Assembly (NCBI GenBank): GCA_050250895.1
Contig: JBFWNU010000001.1
Location: 3,808,149-3,872,148, forward strand
DNA length: 64,000 bases
Direction: 5' to 3'
DNA from: Vulcanimicrobiota bacterium
GTDB taxonomy: Bacteria; Vulcanimicrobiota; Xenobia; Xenobiales; JADMJV01
Part shown: piece after piece, positions 57,200 through 64,000 of the stretch
Position numbering within the stretch: position 1 is the first letter of the stretch
Layout: each line of letters opens with the position of its first letter
Notes under the pieces: model-generated
What the model was told of the DNA's origin: nothing
The model's input: only the letters and a program-made list of their open reading frames with translations
The model's database searches: none
Translations under genes and position numbers: made by a program

Positions 57200-57844
57200 G
57201 TGCGCGTTCTCTTCATGGCCGACTTACACTGGGCGGGTCAGCGAGGGCTAGAGTGGCCTGACGAGCAGGCCGACCTGGTCTTGCTCGGCGGCGACCTGAC
57301 CAACTTCTGCGGCGGAGCCATCGTCGCAAAGGTGATTGATGCGGCCGCCGCTCGCTATGGCAAAGTGATGGCTGTGTGCGGCAACTGCGACCTGCCCGAG
57401 GCCGAGGCCACCTTGCGCGAACTCGATGTCGACCTCGACGGGCGGGCCCGCGACCTCGCCGGGGTTCGCTTTCTGGGGCTCTCGGGGGGGTTGCCTTTTG
57501 GCAATTGTCCCTACGAACGCAGCGAAAACAACTATCGCGATCTGGCCGCCGAACTCTTTGCCGAGGCTCACCCCCGGCCGCTCGTTCTGGTCTCGCATCA
57601 GCCCCCGCACGGAGTGGCCTGCGATCTGACCCGAGGCCGTCATGTAGGCTCGACCGCCCTGCGCCAGGTCATTCAAGACCATCAGCCCGACCTGGTTCTC
57701 TCAGGCCATATCCACGAAGGCATTGGCACCGATCAGGTGGGCCGCACCACCATCGCCAACCCCGGCCCCTGGATGGCCCGCCGTTATCTCACCTTCGACG
57801 CCGACTCGGCTGGGGTCTCAAACCTCGTCCTGCATCACGGCTGA
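57200..57844 (+). CDS. Metallophosphoesterase (calcineurin-like)
   Basis: DLH, GD, GNCD, SHQPP, SGHIHE and NPG motifs. Confidence 0.88.
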   Translation: MRVLFMADLHWAGQRGLEWPDEQADLVLLGGDLTNFCGGAIVAKVIDAAAARYGKVMAVCGNCDLPEAEATLRELDVDLDGRARDLAGVRFLGLSGGLPFGNCPYERSENNYRDLAAELFAEAHPRPLVLVSHQPPHGVACDLTRGRHVGSTALRQVIQDHQPDLVLSGHIHEGIGTDQVGRTTIANPGPWMARRYLTFDADSAGVSNLVLHHG

Positions 57845-57854
57845 GCGCAGGCCC

Positions 57855-58835
57855 TTAGTAGCCCCGATAAGCTCCACCCTGACTCATGCTCTTCACGCCC
57901 GGCACGTTCGAGGTCGAGCCGTAGCGCGCGACGGCATACTTCACGGCGGCCACGATGTTGTGGACGGGATTCCAGATGTCGTCATGACCGGGCGACTTGT
58001 ATTGATTGAAGGTGCTGTCGATGCACTGCATGATGCCCTTGGAAGGATGCCCCGCCTTGGCGTTGCTGTCCCAGTTGTTCTGGGCGTTGGGGTTGCCTCC
58101 CGATTCCTTTTGAATCATCAGATAGATGTCTTGCTCGCGCACTTTGGACATGTCCACGCCATCTTGTTGGAGAATCTGCATCGCTTGAGCGACCCACTCT
58201 CTGACGTTGCCAGAAGGCTGGGTAGTAGGGGCCGGACCCGAGGCGGGGCCGGCCTCTTGAGGTCCGCCGCCACCCTGGGGGCCTCCGGCACCTTGGGGTC
58301 CTCCCCAGTCTTGCTGCTCGCGACGCCAGGGGGTTCGGGCGGCCGGGTTATTGTCGCCACCGGCTACCGGTGCGCCACCTTCGGCTCCACCCGCCTCGCC
58401 AGCGTTCTGCCCGTCCTGGGCCTGATCGCCGCCGTCGACCTTGGTGAGGTCCGCCTGAAGCTTGGCTAGCTGCTCTTCGAGCGCTTTTTTCTTTTCGGGA
58501 TCTTTTTCGGCCTCGATCTGTTGCTGCAGATCTTGAATCTGCTGATTCAGGTCGGTCTTCTGTTGCTCGGGAGTCTTGGGTGGGTCAGATTCTTTGGCCT
58601 TCTCGCCCTGGTCCGCAGCCCTGGCCTCTTCAGACTCAGGCCCGAAGTTGCCCTTCAGAGCGTCGACATGCTTGGAAAGGCCGGGTTCCTTTTTCTCGCC
58701 TTGCGTGTTCGTGAGGGAGACTTTCTCCTCGGGGGCGGCCTTGGGGGCCTCTTTGGGGGCTGGCGTCTCGGTCTTCTTCGGCTGGACCGGCCGGGCTTGG
58801 GTCGTTTGATGGTTGTTGACTTTGGGCGTGCTCAT
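57855..58835 (-). CDS. Lytic transglycosylase (SLT domain) with disordered/coiled-coil N-terminus
   Basis: KESGGNPNAQNNWDSNA, SKGIMQ, NPVHNIVAA and YG motifs; GGAGGAG SD. Confidence 0.85.
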   Translation of the reverse strand: MSTPKVNNHQTTQARPVQPKKTETPAPKEAPKAAPEEKVSLTNTQGEKKEPGLSKHVDALKGNFGPESEEARAADQGEKAKESDPPKTPEQQKTDLNQQIQDLQQQIEAEKDPEKKKALEEQLAKLQADLTKVDGGDQAQDGQNAGEAGGAEGGAPVAGGDNNPAARTPWRREQQDWGGPQGAGGPQGGGGPQEAGPASGPAPTTQPSGNVREWVAQAMQILQQDGVDMSKVREQDIYLMIQKESGGNPNAQNNWDSNAKAGHPSKGIMQCIDSTFNQYKSPGHDDIWNPVHNIVAAVKYAVARYGSTSNVPGVKSMSQGGAYRGY

Positions 58836-58962
58836 CCAATCGTCTCCTCCGAAATTCTTGTTACCAGTAAAGCACAGGGTGGTTGCCAGACCAAGCGTTT
58901 TCAGGTTGTCATTCCGTAATAAATGTGAGCATCAGGTTGCCGTTCTTGCCATTTCGTGCCGT

Positions 58963-59352
58963 TCAGGCCAGGAGCAAGCCAACATGATCAAGGTAGGTGC
59001 TGGCCTGTTGCAAGGCTTCCTCAGCCATTCTCTGGGTGAAGACGGCGGCCGTCTCATCGTCAGCATCTTCCCGGGCCGTCTGCAGGGTGCGCAGATAGCG
59101 GGCAATGGCCGGATCGAGTTGGCCCGGCTCGACGAAATGCTGGTAGACGAGGTGAGAGACCCCGGTATGGGTGCGGGCTTCCATCCCGACGCTGAGCAAG
59201 AGTGCCCGGGCCGCATGCAGCGCGGCAAAGTAGGCCCGCGACACCGCGCCTTTCGTCTTGTCGTGGTCTAGCAACAGGCGCGCTTCCTCCAAGGCCTCCC
59301 GGGCCTCGCTCCATTGCTGGGCCTGATTGTGGCGGCGGTTCTCTTCGGTCAC
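58963..59352 (-). CDS. HEPN-domain protein
   Basis: AVSRAYFAALHAARALL, RTHTG and REDAD motifs; overlaps the MNT gene. Confidence 0.85.
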   Translation of the reverse strand: MTEENRRHNQAQQWSEAREALEEARLLLDHDKTKGAVSRAYFAALHAARALLLSVGMEARTHTGVSHLVYQHFVEPGQLDPAIARYLRTLQTAREDADDETAAVFTQRMAEEALQQASTYLDHVGLLLA

Positions 59353-59687
59353 AGCGGGATTCCGTCGTTGAGGATATCGCGAGCCAGGAGTCGTTCTCGG
59401 CGCACCAGTTCCTCAAAGTGGGCTCGAGCCATGATGCGGGGCGAGACCAGGAACGGAAAGCCGAGTTCTTCCTCTACACTGCAGGCCGCCTCGATGATAG
59501 CGCGGTCAAGCTTGGGGTCGCGCTGGTCGACCATGACGAAGATGTCCAGGTCTGACCCGGCGTGGGCCTCTCCCCGGGCCATCGAGCCAAACACGCGAAA
59601 CTCCAGAATGCGCTCTCCGCCCGCATCCTCGGCGCGGGACTTGAAAGTGCGAGCGGCCTGCGCGGCCAGGGGCGAAAGCGAGTCCAT
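59349..59687 (-). CDS. Minimal nucleotidyltransferase (MNT), partner of HEPN
   Basis: FGSMARGEAHAGSDLDI (GSX10DXD). Confidence 0.88.
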   Translation of the reverse strand: MDSLSPLAAQAARTFKSRAEDAGGERILEFRVFGSMARGEAHAGSDLDIFVMVDQRDPKLDRAIIEAACSVEEELGFPFLVSPRIMARAHFEELVRRERLLARDILNDGIPL

Positions 59688-59726
59688 CCCAGAGAACTTC
59701 CCCGCTGGTTCCGGCTGGCCTTCTGC

Positions 59727-61502
59727 CTACGACACCGCCTGGCGAGCCACGATGGCGTCACCTTCGACCCGCAGGTCGCAACTATTGGTGATGTAGCCGA
59801 CCACATGCCGGGCGGCCTGTTCAAGGTCGTCGATGTAGATGTGCTCCATACCGGTGTGCATGTCGCGCTCGCCAGCGCCCACCGCCAGGCTACGGATATG
59901 ACCGCTATTGAAGCCCACGGTGTTAGCGTCAGAGCCTGCTCCGGTCAGGATGGGGGCGTGAATGGGCCGGGGCTCGAGACCGGCCCGGGCCATCGACTGG
60001 AAGACCACCTGGATCAGCGGGTCTTCTTGCGAAAACTGATATTTGATCGAATCGGGATTGACGATGACCGCGTCGTTGGTCAGATGCACGTCCTTGACGC
60101 TCAGCGAGTCGACCACGAATCCGAGCGTCGGGCGGGTCGAGATGTCTTCGGGCTTGAGTCGGCTGGCTCCGCGCAGGCCGCGTTCTTCATCGACCGGGAA
60201 GACCAGCTTGATTTCAGGATGGTCGAGCTGTTGCTCCAACACGCTGGTCACGCCTTCGAGAATCTCGGCCAGTCCGGCCCGATCGTCGGCCCCCAGCACG
60301 TGGCGCCCGTCGGTGTAGATGCGCTTGCCGTCGTTGCGGATCGAACCGGGGTTGGTGGGCTCGACCGTGTCTTGATGGGCGCTCAGCATGACCGTCGGTG
60401 CGTCTTGCTGGCCGGGGCTGGCCGGCAGGGTGCCGATGAGGGTGCCGTCTTCTTTGCGCTCGACCGCAAAGCCCAGGGCCTGCATGCGGGTGGTGAGTTC
60501 GGCCGTCACCGCCTGCTCTTTCCCTGAGGGTCCGTAGATGCCCGTCAGGGACACGAAGTTGTCGACCAGTCGCTGGCGATTGACTTTGGGTTCGGGACGG
60601 TCGTTAAAGTGGATGTTCTGGACCGGTTTTTCAGCTAGCAAACGGTTGGTGGTCAAAGTGGTGTCCACCAGAAAGCCGACGATCGGCTCGGCAATGGCTC
60701 CGTTGAGCTTGAGAAAGCCCTTCTTGAGCGCCCCGGGCTCTTTGACGGCGGGTTGGCGGACGGGAGCTTTCACCCCGGCTGCCGACAGGCCGGTGCCGAC
60801 CAATTCGCCAGCGGCCCGACCGATTCCGAGAAAGTTCTCTTCGAGGCCGCCGATGACCATGCCGGCCAGGGGGCCGACCATGCTCCCCATGACCTGCCCC
60901 ACCAGCGAGTCGTAGCCGAACATGTTCGTGACCAGGTTGGGCAGTCCGTAGGCGCATACGAGCGTGCCAGCGGTGGCTCCGATCCCCTCGCCGATCTCGA
61001 CCACCTTGTTGCGGGCGGGGGCACCGCCCTGGGCTCGGTGGAGCAGCGAGGGCAGCAGGGCTTCGCGAGGGGCGGCACCCGTAGCCGGCGCCTGGGCTAA
61101 AGTGACCGGGCCCGGAGTGGTTTCGGCCTTCGAGCCCAGAATGTGGCGGGCGGCGCCGACTCCGGCGCCCACGGCGCCCAGGGCCAGCTGACCCACTTTT
61201 TTGCCGATGCCGAGATAGCGCTCCTCCACCGAGACGGCGGCCATGGTGCCGATGGACAGGGCGATGGCGGCGGGGATAGGAATGTCTGGCAGGCGCATCA
61301 TCACCTGGAGTGGGACTTGCGAGGTGGCGTAGGCGACCAGACCGAGAGCTCCGAGTTTTTTGCCCTGGTGGCCCCAGCTCTGGGCGTGCTCCTGAACCGA
61401 TGAAAGAAAGGAGTCTTCGGGCAATGCGGCCGCTGGGGCCGCCTGAGGACTGGCGTGAAGGTTTGCCCTTGGCGTAGGCAGGGGGAAAGATGCAATTTTC
61501 AC
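59727..61502 (-). CDS. M20/PepT-like metallopeptidase with N-terminal glycine-zipper extension
   Basis: SAHQDTV, LGADDRAG, VDEERG, GSDAN and MHTGME motifs, after a ~300-aa Gly-rich hydrophobic region. Confidence 0.8.
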   Translation of the reverse strand: MKIASFPLPTPRANLHASPQAAPAAALPEDSFLSSVQEHAQSWGHQGKKLGALGLVAYATSQVPLQVMMRLPDIPIPAAIALSIGTMAAVSVEERYLGIGKKVGQLALGAVGAGVGAARHILGSKAETTPGPVTLAQAPATGAAPREALLPSLLHRAQGGAPARNKVVEIGEGIGATAGTLVCAYGLPNLVTNMFGYDSLVGQVMGSMVGPLAGMVIGGLEENFLGIGRAAGELVGTGLSAAGVKAPVRQPAVKEPGALKKGFLKLNGAIAEPIVGFLVDTTLTTNRLLAEKPVQNIHFNDRPEPKVNRQRLVDNFVSLTGIYGPSGKEQAVTAELTTRMQALGFAVERKEDGTLIGTLPASPGQQDAPTVMLSAHQDTVEPTNPGSIRNDGKRIYTDGRHVLGADDRAGLAEILEGVTSVLEQQLDHPEIKLVFPVDEERGLRGASRLKPEDISTRPTLGFVVDSLSVKDVHLTNDAVIVNPDSIKYQFSQEDPLIQVVFQSMARAGLEPRPIHAPILTGAGSDANTVGFNSGHIRSLAVGAGERDMHTGMEHIYIDDLEQAARHVVGYITNSCDLRVEGDAIVARQAVS

Positions 61503-61600
61503 AGTGAGATGACCTTTGTTTGATTTTTATCTATATGTGGCTCTATCTTCACACGACCCGCTTAAAGGAACCTGAAGTCGACCGGACCGAACGGCTGGGC

Positions 61601-63460
61601 ATGCGTAACTGTTTGCTGCTGGCTCTGCTGCTGGTCGGGTCCGCCTGGGGCGATCCGCGCCAGACCCACGAGGCCCTGTTCGAGCTGTTCTATCCAGCCG
61701 GGATGGAGGGGCGCGATCAGCTGACGGAGTCCGCCTGGCAAGCGTTCGGGTCCGGGCTCGACCTGAGGGGATTGGAGGGGCTCGCCGGCCCGCAACTGGG
61801 CCGGCGCCTGGCCGCCATGGCCGGGTCCGAGCGCGCCGACCTTCGGTTTCAAGCGGCCGCCTTGCGCCAGTTGTATGTCGGATTTATCTACTCTTCGCCG
61901 ATCGGCTGGCAGCTGGCCCGCACCCAGGCCCCCTCCCTCGAAGGGGACGGGATGGAGTGGCCCCGCCTGCCGCCGGGCAACCTGGACAACCTCGACTTCG
62001 TGGTAGTCGGGAGCGGCCCGGCCGGCTCGGTCATCGCCCACGAACTGGTCGGCTACGGCTATAAGGTGGCTCTGGTCGAACGCGGCAGTCTGGTCCGTCC
62101 AGGCTTTGTCGACACCCGCGAGGTCGCGCGCCTGAAAGAAGGTGGAGGCGCCGTGCCCACAGCGGATGGGTCGGTCCTCGTGCGCAACGCCGAGGTGGTG
62201 GGCGGAGGCACCACCGTCAATATCGACCTGGCCTTCGCTCCCACCCTCGACCTGGTCCGCACGCGCCTGGACGCCTGGGGGGTCGAATGGGCCACGGCCG
62301 AACGGGTTGCCAACGCCTATACCTGGGTGGAGGAGAAAGTGGGCACGCGCTCTCCGGACCGGGCCGAGGTCAATGCCAACAACGACATTCTTTGGCAGGG
62401 AGCTGAGGCCATCGGGCTCGAGCCGCGTCTTTATGACCTGAACACCTACCCCCCCGGGCAATCGCCCTGGGTAGCCACCGATAAGCGCTCATCGGTCGAG
62501 TCGCTGCTCGTGCCCGCTTTCGAGCAAGGCCTGGTGATGCTGCCCGACGCCGAGGTGGAGCGAGTGGTGGTGGAAGAGGGAAGGGCCGTCGGAGTCGAGG
62601 TCCGCGGTCTCGAGCCCTGGCCGAACCGGGGGGTGGTGGTCGACCCCTGCCAGTTGGGACTCGCTCCCGGGCAACGACGAGAGATTCGGGCCCGGCAGAC
62701 GATTCTATGTGCTGGCGCGAAGGGCTCGGCCACCGTCCTGCTGCGCTCGGGTTTAGGTGGCCCCGAGGTGGGGCGCGGCGTGGTGCTGCACCCCTCCATC
62801 CCTCTCATCGGTCGGTTCGACCGAGAAATCAAGAACCTCGAGGGAACGCCTTCGACGGTCTATGTTCCCGAGGGCGATCTGCTGTATGAATGCATGGCCG
62901 CCGGACCCGGCTATGCGGCCGTGATGATGCCCGGCAGCGGGCCCGAGATCGCCGAACGGATCAAGGCGTTTCCGCATTTGGGCGGCTTCGGCGTGCTGGT
63001 GGTGGACGAGCCTCATCCCGAGAATCGGGTGGAGCTGGTCGAGGGCCGTCCGGTCGTGCGCTATAGCTTGCATCAGAAAGACAAGCAGAAGCTCGCTCAC
63101 GGCGTGGCTCAATCAATCCGCATGCTGTTCGCGGCCGGAGCCCGCGAGGTATATCTGCCCACCTGCGAGCCGTTGCTGCCCGGTCAACAGCCGGGCCACC
63201 TGCTGGTGCTCACCAGCCCCGAACAGGCCGAGACGATAGAGCAAAATCTGCGCTTTATCAGCGCTTCGACGGTGCTGACCTCGGCCCACATGCAGTCGAG
63301 CTGCAAGTTGGGGGCCGTGGTCGACGAGCACTTTCGGGTGAAGGGAGTCGAGGGACTCTACCTGTGCGACTCGAGCGTGTTTCCGACCTCGGTGGGAGCC
63401 AATCCGATGCAGACCATCTACACCGTGGCCAAGCTGTTCGTAGAAGGCTTCGCGCCTTAG
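61601..63460 (+). CDS. GMC-family oxidoreductase (probably exported)
   Basis: VVGSGPAG, VGGGTTVN, SAHMQSSC and DSSVFPTSVGANP motifs; signal-like start at ATG 61601. Confidence 0.85.
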   Translation: MRNCLLLALLLVGSAWGDPRQTHEALFELFYPAGMEGRDQLTESAWQAFGSGLDLRGLEGLAGPQLGRRLAAMAGSERADLRFQAAALRQLYVGFIYSSPIGWQLARTQAPSLEGDGMEWPRLPPGNLDNLDFVVVGSGPAGSVIAHELVGYGYKVALVERGSLVRPGFVDTREVARLKEGGGAVPTADGSVLVRNAEVVGGGTTVNIDLAFAPTLDLVRTRLDAWGVEWATAERVANAYTWVEEKVGTRSPDRAEVNANNDILWQGAEAIGLEPRLYDLNTYPPGQSPWVATDKRSSVESLLVPAFEQGLVMLPDAEVERVVVEEGRAVGVEVRGLEPWPNRGVVVDPCQLGLAPGQRREIRARQTILCAGAKGSATVLLRSGLGGPEVGRGVVLHPSIPLIGRFDREIKNLEGTPSTVYVPEGDLLYECMAAGPGYAAVMMPGSGPEIAERIKAFPHLGGFGVLVVDEPHPENRVELVEGRPVVRYSLHQKDKQKLAHGVAQSIRMLFAAGAREVYLPTCEPLLPGQQPGHLLVLTSPEQAETIEQNLRFISASTVLTSAHMQSSCKLGAVVDEHFRVKGVEGLYLCDSSVFPTSVGANPMQTIYTVAKLFVEGFAP

Positions 63461-63506
63461 GGCCTTTCCGGAAACAACTCGTGCCTTCGGGGAGCCTGAC
63501 AGGCCC

Positions 63507-64000
63507 TTAGTCTGCCGGGGTCAGGCCGTGGTCCGAGGCCCAGCGGGCCGCGGCTGTACGCGACGGCACCCCGAGCTTGCGATAGATCGAGCGCAGGTGG
63601 ACCATCACGGTCTGGGGGCTGATCGAAAGAGCCTCGGCGATTTCTTTGTTAGAGACCCCGGTGGCCGTCACTCGCAACACCTCGACTTCACGACTGGTCA
63701 GGCCTTCGAGCCCCTCGAGCTGATGAGAGTCAAGCTCTTTAAGCAAGGCTTCTAAGCCGATGTTCTCGGTGCGCACCTGGGCCAGCGACGCGCCCAACGC
63801 CTTGCGCAGGCGCGATTCGATCTCGCCGTAGTCCTGGCTGTCAGAGGCCTCTAGCTTGACCCCGATCGAGGCCAGAAGCTGGTCGGCGGCGCCTAAGAAT
63901 CTGGCTCCCAGGCGGTCGCGGCCCTGGCCCGCCAACACTCCAGCCAAACCGATCAGACACAGGGCCAAACCGTGGCGGGCTCCGGCCCTGCGCCACAGGC
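63507..64000 (-). CDS. LuxR-family regulator C-terminus (5' end outside window)
   Basis: LTSREVEVL...[32 protein letters not shown], preceded by TPR-like helices. Confidence 0.85.
   Translation of the reverse strand, partial: LWRRAGARHGLALCLIGLAGVLAGQGRDRLGARFLGAADQLLASIGVKLEASDSQDYGEIESRLRKALGASLAQVRTENIGLEALLKELDSHQLEGLEGLTSREVEVLRVTATGVSNKEIAEALSISPQTVMVHLRSIYRKLGVPSRTAAARWASDHGLTPAD

Noticed and set aside
58963-59687. MNT-HEPN pair as a novel system
   Set aside because: This is a well-known, widespread toxin-antitoxin-type module, so it is listed as features only.

Overview
A high-GC bacterial chromosomal window with no rRNA, tRNA, CRISPR array, integrase or transposase that I can recognise. 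The first ~13.6 kb is a defence island. It holds a Gabija-like pair (GajA OLD/TOPRIM nuclease plus a GajB UvrD helicase cut by the window edge), directly downstream of a 1508-aa type IIG-like N6-adenine methyltransferase, then an orphan Rpn/DUF4351-like C-terminal fragment and a complete Wadjet jetABCD operon. Next come a tandem-PqqD/RRE protein with a 20-Cys tail, a DNase I-like nuclease, a membrane patatin and an orphan copy of the Cys-rich segment. The rest mixes housekeeping and accessory genes: hflX with an ABC-F gene behind a uORF, Hsp20 with a Lon-like pseudo-protease, UGPase, HDAC, SDR, SF1 helicase, mqo, ahcY, an MNT-HEPN pair, an M20 peptidase, a GMC oxidoreductase and a LuxR regulator. 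Best leads: (1) a probable selenoprotein missed by the ORF track (53328-54194), with an in-frame Cys-UGA, a SECIS-like hairpin and a segment resembling eukaryotic selenoprotein N; (2) an alpha-2-macroglobulin-like thioester protein with no signal peptide and a PilB/GspE N-terminal domain in its bait position, behind a perfect CRP-type box; (3) a candidate antibiotic-sensing leader peptide on hflX/ABC-F; (4) several signal-less, effector-like proteins sharing N- or C-terminal motifs, including an adjacent deiminase-like/protein-glutaminase pair. All family assignments come from motif recognition by eye; no database searches were run.
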